Virus record (IMG/VR): IMGVR_UViG_3300034683_000333
Origin: a virus
Reading direction: 5' to 3' (one strand)
Length of the DNA stretch: 64,000 nt
Shown here: in pieces, positions 54,431 to 63,726 of the stretch
Position numbering within the stretch: position 1 is the first letter of the stretch
How the letters are laid out: each line of letters begins with the position of its first letter
The notes under the pieces: generated by a model
What the model was told of the DNA's origin: nothing
Seen by the model: the letters and a program-made list of their open reading frames with translations, nothing else
Databases searched by the model: none
Made by a program: the position numbers and the translations under genes

Positions 54431-55618
54431 TTAAACCATCTTGATGATTTTGCCAAATGGTGGCTTAAACCAATTATTTCTTATCGTGAGCATCCAAAGT
54501 ACCGGGAACCTCGGAACCGATTGGGGAAACGTATTGCAATACCCATCGGTATAATAGAGACACACCTTGGGTAAAACACGTTCTCTTTGGAGAAGATTGA
54601 ATCCAGGAACAAAACTCGTTCCACCACCGCCACGATACGTGAGTTCAATTTTATCGTGAGGCTTCACGACGAAATAATCATGAACGGCGAAATCCACCGT
54701 AATAAAATGAATGGTAGCTTCAAATTTCGCCCGAATCTCTTCCAAATCACGGTTGATTTGAGAAATCATATCCCGTGAAATACTACCACTCGTGTCCACA
54801 ATCACGGCAACATCCAGCGCTTCCTTTTGACGAGCCTTCCCAGGAAGGACAATGCCATGAGCACGAAGACGTTTTTTGGTCTTCTTCCACGACGTGGTTT
54901 TAGAAAGGCACGTCGTTAAAAACTGATTCAAGATCTTCCTATAATCCACACTCGGATTGAAAACCTTGTCGAATTCTCGCAAAAAATGACCGGCTCTTGT
55001 TCCAGCCAACGTTCCACCAAGGCTTTGTCGAAGGCTTTCAACGGTAGAACGCCATTCAATTTCCTGTTCGTTTTCATTTTTTTCACCGACAGAATTCCGA
55101 AGTTCTTCTGGAACGGGAAGCGTCCCGGGGGAGTAGAGATCATCGGGAGCACCGCCACCACCCGAACCCGATTCGGCATTGGAACCGGAAGAACCATTTT
55201 GCTCGGCCTTATCTTCTTCCTGCAACAACAATTCGTAAACTTCTTCGGCGCTCATTCCATGAAAACGACTGTCGAACAATGCACCCTTAACAAGCGAATG
55301 ATTGGAAACCAAAATGCCATTCACAACATAATCTGCCGCCGTGTTCCATGTTTCTTTTTCACGGCTACCTATTCTCAGATGATGCAACATCGCACAATGC
55401 ATCACCTCATGGGCAAACACAAACACTTGTTCTGGAACGCTTAATTCATCAAAAAAATCAGGATTGTAGGCCAAAAATTGACCATCCGTTGCCGCCGTCT
55501 TTATTTCACTAGTAGGGAAAATAACAAGCTTATTGAGAAGATTAGCAAAGAAAGGATCTACGAGAACGAATCTTGCCTTAATGTTTCTCAATCGTTCTTG
55601 TTCTTTCTTGTTGATCAT
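54431..55618 (-). CDS. DUF2201-type metallopeptidase-VWA protein
   Basis: AATDG, FAHEVMH, IVDTSGS and GGGGTSF. Confidence 0.88.
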   Translation of the reverse strand: MINKKEQERLRNIKARFVLVDPFFANLLNKLVIFPTSEIKTAATDGQFLAYNPDFFDELSVPEQVFVFAHEVMHCAMLHHLRIGSREKETWNTAADYVVNGILVSNHSLVKGALFDSRFHGMSAEEVYELLLQEEDKAEQNGSSGSNAESGSGGGGAPDDLYSPGTLPVPEELRNSVGEKNENEQEIEWRSTVESLRQSLGGTLAGTRAGHFLREFDKVFNPSVDYRKILNQFLTTCLSKTTSWKKTKKRLRAHGIVLPGKARQKEALDVAVIVDTSGSISRDMISQINRDLEEIRAKFEATIHFITVDFAVHDYFVVKPHDKIELTYRGGGGTSFVPGFNLLQRERVLPKVCLYYTDGYCNTFPQSVPRFPVLWMLTIRNNWFKPPFGKIIKMV

Positions 55619-55647
55619 TTCACCCTCCGTTGCTTGTTTGTAATAAA

Positions 55648-55676
55648 TATATATCACAAAACAAGCAACAAGTCAA
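55648..55676 (-). promoter_or_regulatory. Sigma70-type promoter
   Basis: TTGACT-17-TATATA with a TG extension. Confidence 0.55.
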
Positions 55677-55714
55677 TAAAAAAGGGGATGGTTGTGAACC
55701 ATCCCCGAAGGTTC

Positions 55715-56596
55715 TTAATTCATGTACTTCTTAATTTTTTCGAGAATCTTCGCCGCATCTTCGGCGACCTTCTTCTTGGTGTCGGGATTTTCTTTGATTT
55801 CATCTACATTCACACCACCAAAGACATCCCGAATTTCCGTGGCAAGACGATTAAGCTCGGGATCATCCGACACGTTAAGGGATTCCACAATTTCAACAAT
55901 ATCGTTTGCCGCCTCAAACATGCTCTTGCGAAACCTTTCGGCCTCGGGATCGGTCAAACGATCCTTGATCTTTTTCACCACATTCATCATGCGGATCACA
56001 AGATCCTTGCTGGCCGCCTCAAAACGCTTCTGAAGCAACTGTTCGAGGCGATTCCGCATCCTCTCCACTTCCTCACCACCAAGACTTACTCGAAAATCGG
56101 TGGTGGGAATGGGAAACACATCGATGGAAATTCCGAAATAGGATCGAATTTCGCTCTCGGAAGGATAGTCATTGGGGTTAAAAAGGTGACCCAATTCAAC
56201 CCGGCTCTGCTCCACAAGATCGTTATACTCATCAATAAACTTGTCCACCGCCTTTTCCCACTCGGAACGGGCCTTCTCGATTTTTTCCATGTATCGGAAA
56301 TAATTCTTCGTCGGAAGAAGACGTTCCCCACGATCCCCCCAAGGAAGTGTGTTTTTCCGATGCATATTACGAAGCCTTTGTTCAAGCTTTTTAAGCTCGT
56401 TCAGCCTCTCCTTGGGAACCAGAAACTTCACATAGTTTCCACGGGTCTCCTTCACACCATAGGTCGAGGAAACGGCGTCATTTCCACGAACATCAGTGGT
56501 TTTTCCCACCCAACAGGAAATTGTGAGATCAACCACCACGGCCTTTTCACAAATGTCATTCTTATTATCTTCAATCTTCATGGCGATAGCTTCCAT
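55715..56596 (-). CDS. Conserved phage protein usually found with MoxR / VWA genes
   Basis: LTISCWVG, TLPWGDRGERLLP, LGHLFNPNDYP and DFRV. Confidence 0.8.
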   Translation of the reverse strand: MEAIAMKIEDNKNDICEKAVVVDLTISCWVGKTTDVRGNDAVSSTYGVKETRGNYVKFLVPKERLNELKKLEQRLRNMHRKNTLPWGDRGERLLPTKNYFRYMEKIEKARSEWEKAVDKFIDEYNDLVEQSRVELGHLFNPNDYPSESEIRSYFGISIDVFPIPTTDFRVSLGGEEVERMRNRLEQLLQKRFEAASKDLVIRMMNVVKKIKDRLTDPEAERFRKSMFEAANDIVEIVESLNVSDDPELNRLATEIRDVFGGVNVDEIKENPDTKKKVAEDAAKILEKIKKYMN

Positions 56597-56650
56597 TTCT
56601 TCTCCTCCTATGTTTAATTGTTTAATTCACCAACCCCTTATTGTGATTCT

Positions 56651-56679
56651 TTTATACCAGAATCATTGTTTAATGTCAA
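56651..56679 (-). promoter_or_regulatory. Sigma70-type promoter
   Basis: TTGACA-17-TATAAA. Confidence 0.75.
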
Positions 56680-56730
56680 GTGGAAAATCAATCATTAATC
56701 TTTTGATTTTCCACTTGATCAATCATTGTT

Positions 56731-57777
56731 TTAATTAAGATACTTTGCAAACTTTACAGCCCACAGCGCCATTTCACTCGTTTCAAGAAGGGCTGGCTTT
56801 ACCTCTGCAATCATCCTAATGAATGCGATTTCATATTCATCACCGAAACGTTCAACATACTTCTTGATCTTTCCGATATTCTCACCATTCACAACATTGA
56901 TCAAAGAATTGCAAACAGCATGACGAATATCATGTTCTTCTGGAACTGGAGTTCCTTCAGGATCATTCAAAATATCATCAATATCAGGAAACTTTTCAAA
57001 CATCTTAATAAAATTCAAAAATTCAATACCAACACCGTCACCAACCGTTCCAATAATCAACTCGTCTCGAACAGAACCGGTAAAGGAATAAACAATATCA
57101 CTTACATATTCCCATGTTCTGGGCGTTGCGAACGTAACCGCATCCGAATCGGGATTAAACTGGAAAAGATGGTGCCGTTGCTTGGAAACATAGGCAATCA
57201 CATAGGGATGAATGTTGTTGTTTTCGGCCCACTTGATCCACGATTCCACGTCAACGTCAACGTTGATGTGGATGAACCGATTGGCGAGTGGAGCACTCAA
57301 ATCGTAGGTATACGCACGATCTTCGCTTCTGTTTCCAGCCGCAACCACAACCCAACCATCGGGAAGTCGATAATTATCAATTTTGCGATCCAATGCAAGC
57401 TGAAGCGCAACCTTTTGGATATCGGGTTCGGCGGCGTTCAGCTCATCGAGAAAGAGAATACCACGACCATCGTGGGGAAGAATCGAAGGCTGAAACCACA
57501 CCGTCTTTACAGACGAAACGGGAATGTATTCATCCATGGAATTGAGATTGCGAAGGCGATCCTCTTCCACGACAGCAGGAAACGGAATGCCACGCATGTC
57601 CACCGTATCGTAGTAGATAAGGCGGAAATCAATGAATCCGACACCAAGTTCATCGGCGACCTGCTTGATAAGCGTGCTCTTTCCGATACCAGGAGGCCCC
57701 CACATATACAAAGGACGACGAAATCCGTTTTCAAGCGATTTCTTAATGACCACCTTGATGTCCGAAATCTTCATCAC
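56731..57777 (-). CDS. MoxR / dynein-related AAA+ ATPase
   Basis: GPPGIGKS, LFLDELN, AAGNR and LANRF. Confidence 0.9.
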   Translation of the reverse strand: MMKISDIKVVIKKSLENGFRRPLYMWGPPGIGKSTLIKQVADELGVGFIDFRLIYYDTVDMRGIPFPAVVEEDRLRNLNSMDEYIPVSSVKTVWFQPSILPHDGRGILFLDELNAAEPDIQKVALQLALDRKIDNYRLPDGWVVVAAGNRSEDRAYTYDLSAPLANRFIHINVDVDVESWIKWAENNNIHPYVIAYVSKQRHHLFQFNPDSDAVTFATPRTWEYVSDIVYSFTGSVRDELIIGTVGDGVGIEFLNFIKMFEKFPDIDDILNDPEGTPVPEEHDIRHAVCNSLINVVNGENIGKIKKYVERFGDEYEIAFIRMIAEVKPALLETSEMALWAVKFAKYLN

Positions 57778-57823
57778 ACCCTCCTATGTTTTGGGTTAAT
57801 CACCAACCCGTCCAGTTTCCGAA

Positions 57824-57852
57824 AATATACTTTTTTTGAATCATTCTGTCAA
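57824..57852 (-). promoter_or_regulatory. Sigma70-type promoter
   Basis: TTGACA-17-TATATT. Confidence 0.72.
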
Positions 57853-57961
57853 CAACTTTTTTTCGTAACGTCTGTTTTTTTATTGCACATTGCTTCTAAT
57901 CTTTTACAATGTCGTTAAGCTAACTAATTTCTTATAAAATTCTATCAGCGAGTATTGAAGG

Positions 57962-59470
57962 ATGAAAATAAAAAAGCGAAAGAACAACCCAAAACTAATA
58001 AAAACACCACAATCGGTCATCCGCATAAATGATGGTAAAACTGAAGTTTATCGTCAACATTTTTACAAGTTAGCAAATAAACAAAAAAACATCAATCTTA
58101 ATCGAATAGGATTAAACAAAGACGAACGTTTGATAGTTGACACACTACTTGAACATTCCGATAAGGTATATCTTGTTGGTGGTGCTGTAAGAGATTTATT
58201 TCTCGGCAAAAAACCAAAGGATTTTGATTTAGCAACTGATTTAAAACCAGAAGAAATCATAAAAATTTTTGGTGAAGACAAAGCAAAATTAACGGGAAAT
58301 GTATTTCCAACAGTCCGAGTAAAAATAAATGATTCTGAGATTGAAGTAAGTACATTCAGAAAGGAAATTGGAGAACCAACCGGAGATAGAAAGCAATTTA
58401 CCGTAAAATATGCCACAACAATCCAAGAAGACCTGGATAGAAGAGATCTTTCCATCAACGCCATTGCCATCAATTGCAAAACGGGGGAAATCGTCGATCC
58501 ACACAATGGAATTTCAGATATTGAAAACAAAGTTATTCGATTTGTAGGCGATCCACGTGATCGACTCCGGGAAGATCCTTTGCGGTTCTACCGGGCCATT
58601 CGATTTCGTCTTAAATTGGATGGAAAATATGCACCCGAAACGATTTCGGCTCTTAAAGACCCATCAGTGGTCCAAATGGTAAAGGAAAATGTATCTAAAG
58701 AACGAATCCGAGAAGAGATTTTAAAGTCCATGAGCGCCACACAACGGGCGTCTGGATTTTTCAGGGATTTACATGCGTTCGGTATGTTGGAATACCTGTT
58801 CCCACCACTAGCCAAGTCCGTAAAACACGACGGTGGTCCACACCACGGGGAAGATGTGTTCACCCATGCTATGTTGGTGGGAGACAATTTCACCCCACGA
58901 ATCCCCAACGATCCCAATGAATCTCTGGCAAAACTGGCCGCTTACCTACACGACATTGGGAAACCAAGCACATACGACCCCGAAAACCGCTCCTTCTATA
59001 ATCACGAAAAAATTGGAGTTTCTGTTGCAACTGAAATTCTAAAAAGCTTGAAATTCTCTACTAAAGAGATAGAATATGTATCGAAATTCATTCGCTACCA
59101 CATGAACAAACCGACCACCCCAAAGGGCGCTCGAAAACTGATTCAACAATTCGGTGAAGAAGATTTGCCCAATCTCATCGAGCTTTTTCACGCAGACACA
59201 ATCTCAAACTTGAACAAAACGCCGGAAGAGATTAAATTTAGTAAGGAAAAGATTGAAAATATACGGATTTTAATTGATGAGGTAAATTCAGAAAAAGATA
59301 AATTTTTGAAACCAATAATTACGGGCCACACACTCATAAACGAACTCAAACTTAAACCCGGAAAAATTTTCAAGGAAATTCTCGATTTTGCAAACGAATT
59401 GACCTTGGAAGATCCAAATAGAACCAAAGAGGAAATACTTAACCAAATTAAGAGGAAATTTGATTTATGA
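57962..59470 (+). CDS. cca: Class II CCA-adding tRNA nucleotidyltransferase with an HD domain
   Basis: VGGAVRD..DFD, DLDRRDLSINA, EDPLR, and H..HDIGK. Confidence 0.88.
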   Translation: MKIKKRKNNPKLIKTPQSVIRINDGKTEVYRQHFYKLANKQKNINLNRIGLNKDERLIVDTLLEHSDKVYLVGGAVRDLFLGKKPKDFDLATDLKPEEIIKIFGEDKAKLTGNVFPTVRVKINDSEIEVSTFRKEIGEPTGDRKQFTVKYATTIQEDLDRRDLSINAIAINCKTGEIVDPHNGISDIENKVIRFVGDPRDRLREDPLRFYRAIRFRLKLDGKYAPETISALKDPSVVQMVKENVSKERIREEILKSMSATQRASGFFRDLHAFGMLEYLFPPLAKSVKHDGGPHHGEDVFTHAMLVGDNFTPRIPNDPNESLAKLAAYLHDIGKPSTYDPENRSFYNHEKIGVSVATEILKSLKFSTKEIEYVSKFIRYHMNKPTTPKGARKLIQQFGEEDLPNLIELFHADTISNLNKTPEEIKFSKEKIENIRILIDEVNSEKDKFLKPIITGHTLINELKLKPGKIFKEILDFANELTLEDPNRTKEEILNQIKRKFDL

Positions 59471-59880
59471 AAGATAGCATAAACGAAAAAGCGAATCTTT
59501 TCATCAACATAGTAAAAAAAAGTAACGGTATGCTCCACGCTTGTGTGATACTGATGGATGACGATTTTTCGTTGTTAGATACCTATTCAAACCACAACAT
59601 CAAAGAAGAGGTCCTGAAAAACACACTGAAATCAATGATCTTGACATATTTGCCAGAAAACCTAGCTATTAACATCATTTCATCTACACCGAATATTTAT
59701 GAAATAGTTCCAGAAATAATTCCAACTGAAATCGTAAAAATAAATAATATATGTAACAAGGAAGATTTATTACATTACTACTCGCTTAGTGAAGATTACA
59801 CACTAGCGAAAGACGAGAAAGAAAACTTTGAAAAACTCGTGAATCTTTGCGAAATGACAATAGAGTTCTACAAATCTTAA
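59467..59880 (+). CDS. Hypothetical protein
   Basis: ATGA overlap with cca. Confidence 0.65.
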   Translation: MKDSINEKANLFINIVKKSNGMLHACVILMDDDFSLLDTYSNHNIKEEVLKNTLKSMILTYLPENLAINIISSTPNIYEIVPEIIPTEIVKINNICNKEDLLHYYSLSEDYTLAKDEKENFEKLVNLCEMTIEFYKS

Positions 59881-59893
59881 TTGGAGAGCCAAC

Positions 59894-60385
59894 ATGAAGT
59901 TTAACAAAAACTAGGCAAAAGAACGATTTTACAAATTCAATCACAGCGGTGCGGCAACCGACATAAAACTCACATTATTCGAATGCCGCTCAATGAAAGA
60001 ATTCTGGGAAACTCTCGAAGAAGGCTTCGGTCCAATCCGAGACGACGTTCTTTACGGGAAGGGAAAATTTTTTAGTAAAGAAGAAATTCATAAATTCAAG
60101 GAAGATCGAATTCTTACGGACTACACACGAGAGGTTCACGACATCTTGCGGTTTCTCTCGACACCCGACGTATTTCGAACATTCGAAAAATTATATTTTC
60201 AGGAAACCGACAAACCCGACCTTTTCACTAGAGAAAATAGTCGGAAATTTTATGAGATGGCATGGCGTCCCTTTATCAAAGACCTACATGCTATCGGGAA
60301 TATCGAGAAGAATTGGAAAAAATACCTAACTAACTATGCGAAAAAACTAAATAAAACGAAGGTAAAAGTAAAACAGATCACTTAA
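59894..60385 (+). CDS. Hypothetical protein (TAG at codon 7)
   Basis: GGAGAG RBS with ATG 59894, in frame with the track ORF. Confidence 0.7.
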
Positions 60386-60502
60386 TACGAAAAATTTTCA
60401 CGAAAATCGTCATCTACCTGTTGCAAATAAAGCGAACCTTTTTTATATTAGGGGAAGTACCTTCTTGGAGCTATGTAGTAACACCAATCAACGAAAGGAG
60501 AC

Positions 60503-61729
60503 ATGCGATTGATGGAGAGTTTCACCCCCACCGACTATTCCGTTTCGATGGTTGGCTTTCGTCCAACGTCCAATTTGCACCTTGGGCACTATCTTTCCAT
60601 TATCAAACCAATTTTAGAAAATCAGTTTAAAACAATAATTTTTTCGGCTGAACTACACACCCTTACTTCTTCACAACATCACCCCGGTCGTGCGTTGAAA
60701 GACGCACGAGAAACCACAATCCAATGTATCACGACAATTTCTCGCTATGTCAACCTGGACCCTGAACATGTTGTTTTTATCAGCCAATATGAGATGAAAG
60801 ACAAACACTATGAACTCCATAACATGATTATCAACGCTGGAACCACACCGGCAATTCTATTCAGAAACCCAATTTACGTCAGTGCACTTAAGAATGAATT
60901 CATTGATTACCTAAACGATAAGCAGACATTAAACGAAGAAGAGATAAATTGCATCGTGGATGTTTTCTTTTCTCATTCCGATATCCTGATTGGTGGGCTA
61001 ACGCCCTTGGGAACAAACTGTATCATCAACCAACTCGAAAAATGCAAAATTGATAAAAAGACAATCAATGAAATAATCCATCACGTAACCAAAATCTCTT
61101 ATGGAAATCTGGGACTAGCCCATTATCCTCTTCTCATGGCGGCTGATGTGATCCTCTACGAACCCGACACACTCATTGTCGGTGACGACCAGAAACCCAA
61201 CGTCCAAATAATCCACGAAATCATCGATATGTTGACACATCGATGGAACATTGGCATCAAGCGATTTCGACCCGTTTATTCAGGCGACCGACCCCTTTGT
61301 GGATTCGACGGACGCAAAATGTCGAGTTCTCTAAATAATTATCTTCTACTCGATTGGTTCACGACCGCAAAAGATCTAGTTTACGAATATTACAATAGAT
61401 TTATCACTTATCCGAGACGCCGAACTGAACCTGGAATCTTCCACGAGTGTCCATTAAGCACACACTGGATCGCCTTTGGAAACAAAGACCAGATTGAAGA
61501 AATTCAATCAGCTTGCGAAACAGCAAAAATTGGATGCCTAGATTGTAAACGTAAAATTGCGGAACACATGTTGGTCACATTGAAACCACGATTTAGGGCC
61601 ATACCAAACGTCAAAAGTCTCATCGAAGAAGGAAGTTGGTGGGCCAAAAATCGAATTAAAAATTCGAGTATATTTTCAGATTGGAATTATTCAGAAACCT
61701 TCGATTCGCTAGATATTCTTACCTACTGA
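60503..61729 (+). CDS. trpS: Divergent bacterial-type tryptophanyl-tRNA synthetase
   Basis: GFRPTSNLHLGH (HIGH), AELH, YPLLMAAD, VGDDQ, GRKMSSS (KMSKS) and CETAKIGCLDCK. About 65-aa insertion. No TAG. Confidence 0.9.
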   Translation: MRLMESFTPTDYSVSMVGFRPTSNLHLGHYLSIIKPILENQFKTIIFSAELHTLTSSQHHPGRALKDARETTIQCITTISRYVNLDPEHVVFISQYEMKDKHYELHNMIINAGTTPAILFRNPIYVSALKNEFIDYLNDKQTLNEEEINCIVDVFFSHSDILIGGLTPLGTNCIINQLEKCKIDKKTINEIIHHVTKISYGNLGLAHYPLLMAADVILYEPDTLIVGDDQKPNVQIIHEIIDMLTHRWNIGIKRFRPVYSGDRPLCGFDGRKMSSSLNNYLLLDWFTTAKDLVYEYYNRFITYPRRRTEPGIFHECPLSTHWIAFGNKDQIEEIQSACETAKIGCLDCKRKIAEHMLVTLKPRFRAIPNVKSLIEEGSWWAKNRIKNSSIFSDWNYSETFDSLDILTY

Positions 61730-62211
61730 TTACCAACCAGCTTCCACATCCGAAAACACGAAAGGGGAACCGAAAAAAACGGTTCCCTTTTTGTATATTT
61801 AGTGTTTTTAAAAATGATATTTGACTGCTTAATTACATCCATCGTTGTAATCAAAAGCGTATTCAAACTGGAATTAAACATGACATACACTTCCGCTTTA
61901 CAATGGCGTTTTCTAGCTGGCACATCAACAGTTTCCTAACCTTGCCATTCTCCATATTTAGTCCACACATTTTTGACTTCCACTTCAACCGGAATATAAC
62001 AATCATTTTCCTTATCATATAACATAATATCAAAATCACGATATTGTTCTTCGTCTGGTACAATAACATCATATCGTTTGAATTGACAAAAAAATGACGC
62101 ACCCACATTCTTTGCAGGTGCGTCAAATTGTTCGTAATGAATTCTACTGAATTTCTTTTTTCCAACGGAGATTTCAGAACAAGAGGCGGATTCCATTCCC
62201 ACTTTTCGCAC
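61687..62211 (-). CDS. Hypothetical PD-(D/E)XK-like phage protein (TAG readthrough)
   Basis: DFD..PVEVEVK..W. TAG 61936 joins two ORFs. It may stop at TAG 61723 or TAA 61687. Confidence 0.6.
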
Positions 62212-62229
62212 TCACCTAAAAAATTTTAT

Positions 62230-62619
62230 TTACCAACCTACACGGCGGTTTAATTTTTCGTCTTCGTTTACATATATATTTTGCAGACGTTCCATTTCCA
62301 CATGAACTACCGTATAGGATCGACTCCTAAGCTTTCCCAATCTAGGATTTTCATCCATTGAAAAAGCTCTTGCTTTGAAATTGGTATAATTCATAGAAGA
62401 AATAACACCAATCATATAGATAAGAAAAGTTTTACGATCTACAAACACACGATAACGATAATCATAATCACGATTTTCGATAATGTTTGATTTTTCAACA
62501 CCGGCACATTCACAAAACCTTTCAATATCCTCACGAACTCGTGCACGCACCAACACTTCATCATCATTATTGTGATTCACAACCACCGAAAAGAAACCAT
62601 CCTCATTGAAAATCAACAT
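62230..62619 (-). CDS. Conserved hypothetical phage protein
   Basis: GFFSVV..LVRAR..DYRYR. Confidence 0.72.
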   Translation of the reverse strand: MLIFNEDGFFSVVVNHNNDDEVLVRARVREDIERFCECAGVEKSNIIENRDYDYRYRVFVDRKTFLIYMIGVISSMNYTNFKARAFSMDENPRLGKLRSRSYTVVHVEMERLQNIYVNEDEKLNRRVGW

Positions 62620-62620
62620 G

Positions 62621-63277
62621 CTAGCTCTCCTTTCTTGTTTGGGTTATTGTTGTATAACACACATTACCATTACTACTATTTTTCAAAGATGCGTAGAACA
62701 TCATTCTTCCATACACAGACAACACTTTTTGCGGATATCTATTGGCATTACCACTGTAGTGCCTTAATGTTTTGATAACATCATAATCATACATTTTAAG
62801 GAGTTTGGTTAGTATATAATTACCAACACGGATGTTTTTCTCAATATCCAATAAATCTTTACGATTACGAATTCCAAATTGCTTTAATTCATCTTTCCAA
62901 ACATCATAATAAATCTGGCATAAACCGAAAGCTCCAACACTACTATGAGCATTTGGATTAAAATGACTCTCAACATACATAATTGATATTAGAAGAATTG
63001 GATAATCACTAACTTTATACGCTACATCAACAACTTTGTCAATATATTTTTCACGTTCATGCCCTATATATTGTATAATATGATCTTTTACTAATTTTTT
63101 ATTTACACCGGTATTTTGAGAAGGTAGTAAAAAATGCGGCGGAAAATAATCAATAATAATTCCCTCATTGTTGGTTTCCTCTTCTTCTATGTTGGGTTTG
63201 TTTACTATATATTTATCAGATACAAAAAAACCAATCATCAAACCGACACAAAATGCTACGTATGAAATGTACTTCAT
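62621..63277 (-). CDS. SLT-domain lytic transglycosylase with an N-terminal TM / signal segment
   Basis: IMYVESHFNPNAHSSVGAFGLCQI, NIRVG and YSG. Ends on TAG with a TGA 6 codons later. Confidence 0.85.
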   Translation of the reverse strand: MKYISYVAFCVGLMIGFFVSDKYIVNKPNIEEEETNNEGIIIDYFPPHFLLPSQNTGVNKKLVKDHIIQYIGHEREKYIDKVVDVAYKVSDYPILLISIMYVESHFNPNAHSSVGAFGLCQIYYDVWKDELKQFGIRNRKDLLDIEKNIRVGNYILTKLLKMYDYDVIKTLRHYSGNANRYPQKVLSVYGRMMFYASLKNSSNGNVCYTTITQTRKES

Positions 63278-63723
63278 GTAACCTCCTCAAATTCGAGTAT
63301 TCGATACCGCACACCACATTCATCAAACATCAATCGACTGATTTCCCAACTCGACTTCCATTTTTCATTTGACCAATCGGCGCAAAACACGATTTCTTTA
63401 ATGCCACTTTGAATAATCGCCTTTGCACATTCATTACATGGTGGTAACGGCCAGATATACATCGTGCAATCATCCAACGGCGTTCCACACCTTGCGGCAT
63501 TACATATGGCGTTTACCTCGGCATGAACAACAAGATTATATTTGGTTTGTCGATCATTATAGCGCTCAGGCAGATCATTCACACCACGAGCAAATCCATT
63601 CCACCCGGTCGATCGAATCTCCCGATCCGGCCCAACAATAATAGATCCAACTTTACACGACGGATCTTTCGATTTCATCGATACTGCTTTTGCAACTTCG
63701 AGAAAGTATGTATCCCAATCCAT
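63274..63723 (-). CDS. dCMP deaminase
   Basis: SKDPSCKVG, GWNG, HAEVNAI and PCNEC. Confidence 0.93.
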   Translation of the reverse strand: MDWDTYFLEVAKAVSMKSKDPSCKVGSIIVGPDREIRSTGWNGFARGVNDLPERYNDRQTKYNLVVHAEVNAICNAARCGTPLDDCTMYIWPLPPCNECAKAIIQSGIKEIVFCADWSNEKWKSSWEISRLMFDECGVRYRILEFEEVT

Positions 63724-63726
63724 ACA

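Noticed and set aside
42073-57918. Long plus-strand ORFs 42073..42939, 43441..44067, 55478..56617 and 56920..57918
   Set aside because: These are antisense shadows of well-supported minus-strand genes, with no motifs or RBS.
60440-60475. T-box leader before trpS (ATTAGGGGAAGTACC)
   Set aside because: It lacks the UGGN bulge, and the short intergenic region leaves no room for stem I.
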